Shown here in pieces: positions 41,919-53,118 of a stretch of 64,000 nt of DNA. Position 1 is the stretch's first letter; every line of letters begins with the position of its first letter. The stretch lies in NCBI GenBank assembly GCA_053919585.1, contig CM132796.1, one strand, 5' to 3'. This stretch comes from Euprymna scolopes. Taxonomy: Eukaryota. Below the pieces are notes generated by a model. That model saw only the letters and a list, made by a program, of their open reading frames with translations, ran no database searches and was not told the DNA's origin. The position numbers were made by a program, and so were the translations under genes.

Positions 41919-44540
41919 TTCATTTATAATTGCTGTTCACAATTTTGTTGTCCTTTATTGTTTATGCAGATTTTACCCGTTGAATTGATTCCACAAGTCT
42001 ATTATGTCACATCAACAGAGTGAACTCCCACACATTACTCATTTTTTACCTACTCTCGTCCTGACCTACTAAAATATATCGCCATTAACAAAACAAAACG
42101 ACAAAGAATTTTCATGGTGCTTCAAAAACGAAATGTAGGCCAGAATCAAACAGAATAGACTCTTACGACAAAAAGTGAAAAATACATTTTGACATGAAAA
42201 AGTAGTTGTTCATTAAAATCAATAATGATCTTTCTACTTTTTAACATAGCAATACTTGTTAAGAAAAACAAAAACGAAATGTGATTCAAGTTCTATATAA
42301 ATGCAATAATTCCAACTAGTGTTCCAAGTTTGGGTAAAAAAAAGAAGTAGATTTTCAAATGTTTTCATCTTTCAAAAACGATTTCATAAATGGCTATCAT
42401 TTTAATGAAGTTTCTGAAATTTTTAGATCAGGATTGGTTACGCGTATCTTTTGGAATTTTCGGACAACTGTTTCTATTTTGAATGTAATATTTTACAACG
42501 TTTCGGTCGATGTAATCTCCGACCTTCTTCAGGTGTACCTTGTCGATCTCGGGAAGGTTTCTGTCAAACCTGGGAATCTGGAATTTGAAATTATGTCTAG
42601 ATTCTCGAGTTCAACAAGATACACCTAAAGGTCAGAGGTTACATTGACCTAAACATTGTGAAAAATAGCACTGAAGATGAGAAAAGTAATTGAAAAATTC
42701 AAAATTATATGAATTTTTAATGATGTTTTACGATTTGCATTTAGGGTTACGACTACCGTCTGAATTATAAGACAAAGTTTAATTTAGAGTCTTAACCATG
42801 GTTCCAGCATTCTTGACCACCAACTCAGATTAATGTCGAGGCTTTAATGAAAGAAATGTTTTAACCAATTTTATCGTCAAACGAATTCAAGAGTAATCAT
42901 AAAATGTATGACTTTTTAATGTTTAAAGATCAGGGTAAATGGATGTGTCAGTTAGATGATGAAAAATGCTATCAGAGGATTGGAAACAATAAGTAAAAAG
43001 ATAGAATTTGATTATTTGAAAAAATGGTTTGACTAGTATTTGTGGATATTGGATTTAAGACGACCATCTTATAATCACGAGACAGTCTTGTTATATTGTG
43101 TCCCACAAATTGGAAATAAAAACTTTGTTCATGGCAGTTTTGTTTGTTTTGTACATAGAAAAAAAAAGGAAAATTCCTTGCAGTGGTGATAACTAGACGA
43201 ATTCTTACTGTGAATATTTTATGGGGAGGGTACCAAAAATTAGAGGTCAATCGAACACCTGATTAGTCATATCAAGAGTTATCTTCGCTTGCAGACTATT
43301 TGTTAAGGTGTGCCATCACTGTTTCGCTTTAAAAGTTAAAGAAATTTGAAAATCTTAAATAAAAAATAGCTTATTTGTTTTTACTAAAATTTGGAATAAT
43401 ACTTGTTTAACTAACAATAAATCTGCATGATATAAAGTAATAAAAAATAATAGCAAGAGTATCAGGGGTTGATATCGATTGTTTATGTTTGGTTCAAGAG
43501 CACAACTGAACAATAATACTCGACATTAAGATTAAATCCTATTTTAATTACACTATTATTTACAATGAAATGAGATTCTGCAAAGTTTTAGCATTACGCT
43601 CAAACAAGCTGTTTTTACTTAAATCATGTTTTAGAAAAAAAAAATAACATTCAAATCAGTACATATAATTTCCATGAACAGAGAATTTTTTCTAAGAACT
43701 TCCCATTTGTGGAACACAATATCACAGAACTGATTCCTTAATCACTACAGCATAGTCATCTTTAAGTTTTTCAATGCAATTCCATTGCAATGGTGTCAAA
43801 GTGCAACCTCTGTGAGTACTTGCAAAAGATGTACCACTATCATCTTCATCTCATAAGAAAAAGTCAGCATCCTCCGTCCGTGTTTCTGCCAGAGGAGGTT
43901 GTGATAATGACTACCACGTTCAGTGGACTTGTATATCTTTCAGCAAATGTCGATATCTTTTAGTTGCTTCTTTACACGATTGTTGCACTTTGTTATTTTT
44001 TCTTGCCAAATAAATCTGAGTTGCTGGAAATTTCATCACACATGTGAAATAACAAAATGAAACCCACCCGTAATAATTTGGTTGTCATCTTTATGAGTCG
44101 GAGATGATAACTTCATCATTTTTTTATTAAAAGACGGGGAACCACTTTTTAAAATACAAAAACAAAAGTAAAAGATTGTCTATAGTTTTTTGTTTTTTTT
44201 TCAGGAATCAATCCCGATGTCAGTCACGTAAATTCGTTCAACGTTCAAGTCGTGCTCATGCTCAACGAAACGTTTGTTATTTCTCAAAACAGAGAGAGAA
44301 AAAAAAAAGAAGAGAAAAAAAGTTAGAATCAGCGTTCTATTTCTTTACTTTCACTATCAATTTCACTCCAAAAATCAGGCTGGTGTGGTTAAAGGAGGTT
44401 AAAATCAAGATGTTTCTCCATCATTAGCAGAACCTCAAATATAACCACCTTTCCTAACCCTAACAGTTCTCAGTCAGAAGCTGAAGGACACACGGCTACT
44501 TTCAATTGCCAGCAGTAACCATATGCAGAATCTGCTTTTG

Positions 44541-45214
44541 CTATGTCCGATTCACTTCCAAGATGATAAGGCAAGAGTAATCAGAAATTCTTACGGTTGG
44601 CATATCTTGCCTGAGAAAGAAGTTCATGTGTAACTGCTGTCTCTTAACTTTTTTTTTCAGACAGTCTTGAGAAGCATAACCCATTTCTCCACAAAGAGAG
44701 CATGAACCACTCTTCTTCCAAAGTGGAAAGTTCGATGCTTCCACTTGCTGCACTGAGTGAAACAATCCCTTACTAATTGGTTAAGTCAATCTCATTTTTA
44801 GTACCTAGTCCATTTTTGTTTTTTTTGTCTGTGATTTCATGTTGCATGTTAGCCCCACGGCCACCATAATAGATGTGTGCCCAAATGAGGCATCTTTCAA
44901 TATAGTTCTTGTTTGAGTCAAAATTTAGGAAACATTCATCTCTTCCATTCAGGAAGAAGCATATAGAAGTTTTTCAATATGACAGAGAAGCCTACAGGGT
45001 GGAACGATAAAATTGTCACCCTAGAAAAGACAAAATGATTCCCTTTCTGTTTGATGAAAACCGATTTTCTTTTTCGTTGCAAACCATCTACTAGTTGGCC
45101 AGTTGTGTAGGAATTCCAAAAGCGATAGGAGTCTTCTGTCATGTCTGAAAATGACACAATGTTCAACGAGTAAGATTGGAGATGTGCCATTGAACAACTA
45201 ATGCTCTCTACCAA
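44541..45214 (-). pseudogene. Degenerate coding remnant with a zinc-knuckle-like motif, probably transposon-derived
   Basis: CSLCGEMGYASQDC in ORF 44541..44765 has CX2CX4(H)X4C spacing with H replaced by Y. Adjacent short same-strand ORF. Family not recognised. Confidence 0.3.
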
Positions 45215-46019
45215 TCAAAGTTCTATGTCCAACAGCAAACATTGCCGGGGGGCTTTGGCCCCAGGCCTGACGTGAGTACTACGAGCTAGCTATGGCTCTT
45301 TTTACTGATCCTCGCTATTTTTTAATCGTATTTCCAAGTTTAATTAAAGTTTTATGATATGTTTTTTTATTCAATTGTATAAACGAAGACAACTTTAAGG
45401 CAATAGAAAGCATCAGTAGGTACACCAGGAAAACGTCCACGGTTTCAGCTAGGAGTAAGCAATCTGCCACAACATCTATGCTGCATGCGAGTGAGGCAGG
45501 TGCTGTAAATATGACATCTTTAATAGAAGCAAAATATCCCGTTTTTCCTTAAGTCAATTGCTGATATACGGTAAATGCACTGTCTGTAAGGTGCATGGAG
45601 ATCAAACAAGCTGAAATTGCTTCAGTCATAGATTGGATGGTTCACATGAGATTTATCACTCATCTGATCAAATCAAATTCTTGCATTCACGCTGCTATTA
45701 CTTCAAAGGCCTCACTTAGTGCAGCAGTTCAATAGTGGTAAGAATTTATGGGACAAATTTGAGAATTATCGTTCTTTTTTGTACCTAAATCTGAAATAAA
45801 CAAGATTTTTTGTGAAAAGCCATTAATCTAGAAAAAAACTACTTTATCGAGAAATATTTTTTTTAAGAGTGCTGGAACTAGAAATTGAACTCACGGCTTT
45901 TGGGTGTCTATCACTTTTTTTCTTTTGTTTATGGGAGTCGTTCCAGACAAGGCATGAAATCACTATGGCTATGCAACAATTTCATATAAAAGGCTAAAAA
46001 GAATGATTATTGAAAAGGA

Positions 46020-46288
46020 TTGGTTGTTTTTGTTTTACGGCATATCAACCCTTTTCAGGTTATTTAATGCCGAATCTAAAGATTTTGAAGAAAGATTTTT
46101 TAATAGAAAATATTTGTTGTTTTCAAGCCGGTTTCTATTTAACCCATAGTTGAGACCCTAACAGGTACTACCACTCCGGGTCAGAGTGGACCTGGGTGCA
46201 ATGGCAATTAAAGGGTGGCTCCACACTCCCCAAGGCCCGCAAGCTGGGGCCTCACCACTGGATATAGTTTAAGGTCATATCCAGGACC
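46020..46288 (-). mobile_element. 5'-truncated SINE (resembles Ceph/Nin-domain SINEs of cephalopods)
   Basis: Perfect 12-bp TSD TATTGAAAAGGA at 46008-46019 and 46289-46300. AAAC-rich 3' tail on the minus strand. Core CCAGGTCCACTCTGACCCGGAGTGGTAGTACCTGTTAGGG recalled from memory as a common cephalopod SINE body. Confidence 0.8.
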
Positions 46289-46724
46289 TATTGAAAAGGA
46301 AGGAAATGCCCATTGACCTTAGTTTTGAAAAGACTAGGTAGGGGGAAAACAGTCAGCAAAAAGGAGTTTTCTGCAAGCCTGCAGTTCTTTAAAAGAAATT
46401 ATTGAAATAGGAAGATTTATTATAATGACCTATTAAAACAGCAAATTGATGAAGACTACTAGACTATCGAGTCAAACAAGCTGGAACAAAGGAAGCAAGA
46501 AATAAATCAGACAAACATTAAGAACACATAACATGATAGAGGAGACTGAAAATAGCAAATCAAATGTCACAACCACAGTATTGACTGGCCGTTTTTCATG
46601 CTACGCTGGTATTTAAAAATCAAAAAGAAAACAAAACAAAAAATAAGACTTTTATCAAAATGTCACGTTTATAGAAAGATTATTGGAAGAAAACAAGTCT
46701 TTTAATGTTCACTTTGTCATTAGC

Positions 46725-47242
46725 TCTATTTATATATGTATGTACAGGATTCACTCCTGAACTAATTAATCGATCATCATAAAACTTGAAATACAGGTAC
46801 TAGGAGTAAAGGAAGGTAATGTCGGTTATATTTAGTTTAATTTAGCTTTATACGAAGGAGGTATAAAGGAGGTGGAAGCCTTTTATAAAAATTCAGATAT
46901 CTCGGAAATTTTTCACAATAGATATTAGATGGCAATTTTTAATGGGTATAATTATTGCACAACATTCCATTGAAAAATTCAAATATTTCAGATTTGCATT
47001 AAATTCGTTTATAATCACTAGACAACAATTAAGCAAAATTCACTGCGTTTCAATTTTTTCTCAAGTCTTAAATTTTAGACATTTTTTTAAGTTAAATAAT
47101 GTAATAAAAATTGAAATTCCTGACATAAGGTTTAATTTCATTATCTCTTGATTTTAATCTTCTTAAGGAGACATAAAAGTTGTTCAAAACTGTTCTGTTC
47201 ATGGAATTAATATTACCCATCTTGGGACAGGTATTGTTTTAG
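46725..47242 (+). mobile_element. Non-autonomous Helitron-like element, copy 2 (more decayed)
   Basis: Aligns with 41408-41918 at both ends (AACTAATT..CGATCATCAT; TGTTCTGTT..GGAATTAAT.TTACCC). Decayed hairpin and TTAG|T end. Confidence 0.65.
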
Positions 47243-47693
47243 TTAATTATAAAATAGGCTCTTATTATATGACAGGTGCAGCTGAAACCCGTAATTGGAA
47301 GTTAGATTAATTTCTGAGTAATGGCCGAGGAAACAGCGTTCTACAATCTAAAAGAGGGATTAGCTGTTACACAGGCTCTAAAATAAGCGCCATTTTACAA
47401 TGAAGGTGCAAAAATATTGACGCTCTATCCCCATGAAATTGAACACCTCCTCGGCGCATGAATTTTTTTTTTCTTTTCGGTCACTATGTTGTAAACGTGG
47501 TAATTGACACTAATCTGCCGTTTGAAAGAAATAAAGAAAAAAAAAACAAAAAACGATGCGGTCACTATTCCGAAACTTTTCTTTCTTAAAAAAAAAAAAA
47601 AATACTCAAGTCTTAAAGGAAGGAAAGCAGACAACAACAACAACAACAAAAAAATGCTCGACAAATGAACTCATAGACATCAATAATGTAAAA

Positions 47694-47753
47694 CGTGTCA
47701 CATTTTCCTAGTTTAAGGGCTTTAATGCCCTTAAACTAGGAAAATGTGACACG
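47694..47753. repeat. Perfect 27-bp inverted repeat with a 6-nt spacer (60-bp palindrome)
   Basis: CGTGTCACATTTTCCTAGTTTAAGGGC-TTTAAT-GCCCTTAAACTAGGAAAATGTGACACG. Confidence 0.95.
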
Positions 47754-47802
47754 AGGTGGTCTCAATTCCGAAACTCCGTTGAAATGTTATTAAAATTATA
47801 TT

Positions 47803-47810
<8 letters not shown>

Positions 47811-47865
<55 letters not shown>
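47811..47865. repeat. (GA)n microsatellite
   Basis: Read directly. Confidence 0.98.
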
Positions 47866-47868
<3 letters not shown>

Positions 47869-49412
47869 CAGTAACATTTGCTACATACGGCCGGAACTTT
47901 GGCAGAGACATTTTCATAGTAATCACCGTTTCAACGTCCACAGATATCAGAACGCGCAATGACACAATGTCGTAATACCCACCCGTACACACGCAAAAAG
48001 GAAGTATTGTTGCGCTCCATGCGCAGTAATACAACAGACAGACTGGAATGTTCTAGAACATGCGTCTATAAGATTTTGCCCGCGAAATTCAAACCAGTCC
48101 AGGAATGCAGTTTTACGAGTAAAGATCAGTGCTGCCCGTCCTCAGCGTGGACTCCGTCCATTCAGACGTACAACAGTTTCGCTGAGAATGCCGCGAAAAC
48201 CAAACCAGTTTTCTCTTCAGATTTCACCAGTCCGATTCGTGTCTAAGAGGCTCCGTCTTTGGGGGATGTTAAATCACCTAACATGACTTTCTACACGTTA
48301 TGTATCTTTAATTCTCAACATGGAAAGTTATCATATCGAACGAGAATTATTCCTTATTTCGACAATGCTATTTCGAACTGCTGTTTTCACATGTGACAAG
48401 CACGCACACATACAAGACGTTTACGTAGCTTATGGCTTTCTTTTCCCCCCCAGAAAATAACCACGTGTGTCCCTCTGTTCATGACAATCAGTCATCATAA
48501 ACTTTATGCCTTTTCCACGAGACACTTATTGGCAAAGACTCTAATGAACAATCGTTGTAAAACCCTTAAGGTTGGAATAATTTGAATTACTGTTTCTTAA
48601 ACATGTAAATAAATGTTATTTCCTCCCAATACAGCGATCTGGAGTTCTTTGTCGGATGTCGTTATTTTTTCGAAGTTATTGATTTTATAGGGGTGTGGAT
48701 GTGATTATTCGGTGAAATCCTTCTGTAAATCGGAGATCTGGTTAAATTTACCTTTAACGATCCCGGTGAAATTCTACAACTTTCGACTTGTAGAGATTCC
48801 TGAACCTACAACTTTGGTCTTAAAAATTGACAGATCCTGATTATGAATTGGTGAACACCAACTCACACCCCCATATCCTATTTAGTTTAGTTTTGTTAAG
48901 ATCACCTAAATCCGATAATCTTAATATTATTTTATTTATTTTTAAAGTAAAATTTTGACAGCGGTTTGAAATAGTCCACATCGTTTTTGTTTCTCTAAAA
49001 TTACACTCTTTTTAATGTATTTATTTGCTTCTTCACCAAAGCAAATTAGGCACAAGGCCATTTTTAATGTGGGGTAAAAACCAGCTCCCCTAAAAGTAGG
49101 CAAAAAGGGGGCACTCTGGTTACCAAAAATAATAATTGTCCCAGTATAGAGGGTTTCCCCTCCATTGACTGGTACAAATTAAGTGCAGCATCTGCAGAAC
49201 AGATGGTATTTATTTGCTCCCCCACCGAGCAAATTAGGCACAAGGCCGATTTTTAATGTGAGGAGTGAAGGGAAGGGGAAGGGAAAAAGGGGACCAGCTC
49301 CCGGGAGGTGGGAAATGGGAGCTGGTTAAAGGTCAGGCATGTGGGGTTGCCCCCACATCTGGTCTTTGCTAGTCATAGCTGGTCTTTGCTAGTCATAGCT
49401 TGCAGCATCTGC

Positions 49413-49443
49413 AGAACAGATACTACACTTTGATCCCAGCCAA
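49413..49443 (-). pseudogene. U2 snRNA 5' fragment (about nt 17-47, includes the branch-point recognition sequence)
   Basis: Minus strand TTGGCTGGGATCAAAGTGTAGTATCTGTTCT versus recalled invertebrate-type U2 TTGGCTAAGATCAAAGTGTAGTATCTGTTCT (29/31). Not a full gene. Confidence 0.9.
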
Positions 49444-49662
49444 GAAGTATTTATTTGCTTCCCCACTGAGCAAATTAGACACAAGGCCGTTTTTTATTGT
49501 GGAGAGAGAGAGAGAGGGGGAAGGGAAAAGGGGACCAGCTCCCAATGGGTAGGAAATGGGAGCTGGATAGTGACAATTGGTATGAAGGGTTGCCCCTACA
49601 TTGACCAAGGTCTGATATGTGGGGTTACCCCCACATATTGTCTTTGCTTGCAGTATCTGCCG

Positions 49663-49682
49663 GAACAGATACTACACTTTGA
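49663..49682 (-). pseudogene. U2 snRNA fragment (20 bp)
   Basis: Minus strand TCAAAGTGTAGTATCTGTTC. Confidence 0.85.
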
Positions 49683-50034
49683 GGTATTTATTTGCTCCCC
49701 CACTGAGCAAATAAGGCACAAGGCCGATTTTTAATGTGTGGAGTGAATGGAAAACGGGGGGGGGACCAACTCCCCGGGGCGTAGGGGAGCTAGATAGAGA
49801 CAATTGGTATGTAGGGTTGCCCCTTCATTGACCAAGGTCTTATATGTGGGCTTGGCATTTACTTGCTCCCCCATCGAGCAAATTAGGCACAAGGGCGGTT
49901 TTTAATGTGAGGAGTGAAGGGGAAATGGAGACCAACTCTCCAGGGAGTAGGGGAGCAAGGTAGTGACATAAAGGAACCACTAGGGTAGTGACAATTGGTA
50001 TGAGGAGTGAAGGGAAAATGGAGACCAACTCCAT

Positions 50035-51021
50035 TATAATTAAAATGTGTGTGTGTGCGTGTGAAAAAAGTTCAATTCATTGGAAAATAAAAAGTTCCTG
50101 AATTTTGGAAGAAAAACAGTTCGTGTTGGGAGTGGGGAATCTAGAAAAATACGCAAAAAATAAAATTGCCTATTGCATTGTTAGTAAGGTCCCTCCCTGA
50201 GCTAATCTAGAAAGTTAGATAACCTACTGTTTTCCAGGGCACCGAAAACAAGCGGGAAGATCCCTAGTAGGGATTGGGAAGGATTCTTATCGGGAGTAGG
50301 GAGGAAAAATGCATAATTGTCAAAAACAAAAAAGGGGGGTGGATGGGGGGCGGGTAGGCGGCGACCTTCGAGTAGGGGTTGACCAGGGGGTGATAAAACA
50401 AAAAGATAGGGGTGGGCGTAGTGGTAGGGTAGCCTCGGAAGGTTCTCTAGTGCCAAAAAACAAACAATTGGGGGACAGGATCTCATTTGTACTACCAGTC
50501 AAGAGTCTCTTAACTTTTTGTTTGTCTAACCTAGCGGGATGGGCTCTGTAGGACCCAGTATAGCGTGTGCCATGCTTATGGTGGTAACACAAATTCAAAC
50601 TTGGCGCCTCGTTGGATGCACAAGCTAGCGTCATGCATCCACCTCTTGTCAAAGGCCATTCGAGGTAACCTCTTCCAATTGCATCTGATCTTTACTTTAA
50701 GCAGATGTTTAAAGTAGACGATCAGATCCTGATCTGGAACAGATATCCCTTCGCGGACTTGCTTCAGGCCTGTGATCCATATGACCATCCTCGCTACTGC
50801 TAGTATCGCTAAAAAAACCCATTCTTTTCTCCATAGGCAGCAGCAGATCAATGTTCTCCACAAAATATGACACGTTGAGTTCGAGTCAGTGCTTGGCATC
50901 GATGCGAGCCGTTACCTTGTTGACGTACCCTAGGAGGGGCTTGAGCCTGCTGCAGCGGAAAAAGGTATGACTGATAAAAATAAAAAATGAGGTAACTGGG
51001 AGAACAGATACTACACTTTGA
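50035..51021 (-). mobile_element. Internally deleted Tx1/L1-clade LINE (copy C): U2 head, short leader, ORF2 C-terminus and 3' UTR
   Basis: 50576-50913 encodes ..AVARMVIW..DQDLIVYFKH.LKVKIRC..AFDKRW..ASLC..RGAKFE.., homologous to the ORF2 end at 53759-54090. Its 3' UTR differs from copies A and B. Confidence 0.75.
51001..51021 (-). pseudogene. U2 snRNA fragment (21 bp) at a LINE-LINE junction
   Basis: Minus strand TCAAAGTGTAGTATCTGTTCT immediately after AATAAAAGATTTAATATC. Confidence 0.85.
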
Positions 51022-53118
51022 GATATTAAATCTTTTATTCATGTTAAAAATAAATGGAAAATCAAAAATGAACAAAAAACTTAGGCACATGGCCAACTCA
51101 AAAGGGGGGATTGTGGGAGTTTTTGGTCATCCTTGTCACTCCATAACTAAACAAAATCCAAAGTTTCTCCCAGCTAATATCTTCTTTCACCATAATACCG
51201 CATTCACCCTTTCATACTGGGAGACGTCCTACTTAACTCCTAATTTTTAAAACAATTTTTATTGACGTGTAAAAACAAAAAAAGATAACAATAAAAATGG
51301 TACAATAATTTATTTGTGTCGAGGGCGGGAGGAAAAAGGGGTGGGGTGGTGATTAGTACAACCCTCCCAACCCTGTCTAGTTGATAGACTGCCCGTTCCA
51401 CTAGGTTTGTAGAAGGAACCTCGCTTCTGCAAGTCAGTCTCTAAGTGGGGATGCCCTCTAGATGGGGATGACTGGAGAAAAGAAAATTTTTTTGTGGGTA
51501 AGGAATAGGGGTTAGTTTGTATTTCTTTCTCTTCAAGATGGGTGAAATTTAGAGGAAGGGGTGAAAACGAAAATTGCAAGAAGGAGGGGGTGGGGATCTT
51601 GGAGGCTTCTTAATCGAGGAGGGATGGAACACACACTCAGCTAGCTTCCGTGTCGTCAACTATTTCCCTATCTAGGATCGTGTGGATCAGGTGCAAATTG
51701 TTCTGAATTGATCTCACCTTCACAGTGTAGTTTTCTTCCGGTTCAACCAACTCATCAATAGCAACCTGCAGCCGATTCGACAGGACCTTTGCCAAAATCT
51801 TAAACTCCGTGTTTAGCAGAGTTATGGGCCTGTAGTCGTCTAACTCTTCTCCTCCATGCCCGTCACCTTTCTTCAGCAATGTGATCATTCCCTTGGTTAC
51901 CTGCCCTGGGATGGATCCCTCAGCAAACCAATGGTTGAACACATCCATCAGAAGAGGCAGAAACATGGGCGACAGCCTCAAGTACAGTGCGTATGGCCCT
52001 TTCCTCTTGGAGTTGTCCTCTTGGGGAGCCTGGGCAGGAGTGCTTTCTCCAACTGACGAGGATTGAGGTGGAAGGGGTGTCGCAGGATGTGTACCATCCT
52101 GATCGCACCTCATTCCCTCTCCAGCCGCTTCTTTGACTCCCCGGTCTGGGGAGTGGCCCTCGTGGGGAGCTGGGAGCGGGATTGGTTTCCCTCCTGATGT
52201 TGAATCTGGCTGGGTCACCGCGGGCTGTGGCCCTACCCTGGCTTTCTCCTCCTCTTCATCCCTCGTGTGAGGTGCTCCCTCCGATGGGGAGTAGTCCAGT
52301 GGGGCGATGTGGTGCATCTGAGGTGGTATACGCCTTTTCCCTGGCATCACGTGGAAAAAAACTGGACTGGCCGCTGATGCGGACCAAATTGTAGCAGGGG
52401 AGAAAAGAAAATGCAGGGAAATGGGGGGAGGTGGAGGGGAGTGGGTGAGGTCAGAAGAGAGAAAGTGGATTGACCTCCCCTCACGGGGATGTCGGATTAG
52501 TCAGCTCAGATCCCCCGCAAGAGCAGCGAAGGAAGATGCAGTGGGTGCTAGCGGGTCAGAGATTAAGAGAGAGAGAGGATAGACATCTCTGCCCAGAGAG
52601 GGGAGCAGAAACGAAACACCCGCCCTACCCACGTCACCCTACCCACAAACCACCCCAAGGAAGTGAGAAAGAGAACCCGGTCTGCTCAATCCACTGGGAG
52701 AGCAGCGAAGGAAGACAAAGATTGGGCCTGGCAGGTCAGAGTGCTGCTCAGGCAATTAAGAGAGGAGAGAATAGACCATTTCAACCTCAGAGGTGAGGAG
52801 GAAACGAAGTACCCAACAAACTAAAGCTAAACCGACCAGGTCACGTCTACCAAAGAAAGTGTTGTCGGTCCCGAGAACAGCAAACTTCCAAAGAAGGGAT
52901 CGGTTTTAGGGTCCAGACTACCACACAACGGCGTCGGTCCTGGGGGAGCGAAAAGGGTCCAGACTCCCCAAAGAGGGGGTCGGTCTCACTAACAAAGGTT
53001 AGTAAAGTCACAAAAGTGACAAAAGTGAAAGCCTTAAACTTGACGGGTGTGTCAAGTGGCGGACCTCTTGGAAAAAAATCAAAAATAAGTAACTGGGAGA
53101 ACAGATACTACACTTTGA
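51022..53118 (-). mobile_element. Internally deleted Tx1/L1-clade LINE (copy B): U2 head, 5' UTR-like region, RT N-terminal fragment and 3' UTR
   Basis: ORF 51637..52350 includes ITLLKKG..DDYRPITLLNTEFKILAKVLSNRL (start of a non-LTR RT domain). 50992-51646 is closely similar to 53089-53710. AATAAA near the 3' end. Confidence 0.85.
53098..53118 (-). pseudogene. U2 snRNA fragment (21 bp) at a LINE-LINE junction
   Basis: Same sequence and junction as 51001-51021. Confidence 0.85.

Larger units (their letters stand above)
49017..50032 (-). mobile_element. Tandem stack of five diverged ~170-240 bp SINE-like units, three with a U2 snRNA-derived 5' head
   Basis: Units at 49017-49205, 49206-49446, 49447-49683, 49684-~49853 and ~49855-50032. 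Shared minus-strand tail CACATTAAAAA..GGCCTTGTGCCTAATTTGCT..GGGG.AGCAAATAAATAC. Heads match U2 and are followed by GCAGAT(G/A)CTGCA. Confidence 0.7.

Noticed and set aside
44453-44464. Isolated CCTAACCCTAAC, and TTAGGGTTA at 42741, as telomeric sites
   Set aside because: Two units or fewer; expected by chance.
49196-53118. Functional U2 snRNA genes
   Set aside because: Matches are only 9-31 bp. The 5' end, stem-loop II, Sm site and 3' domain are absent.
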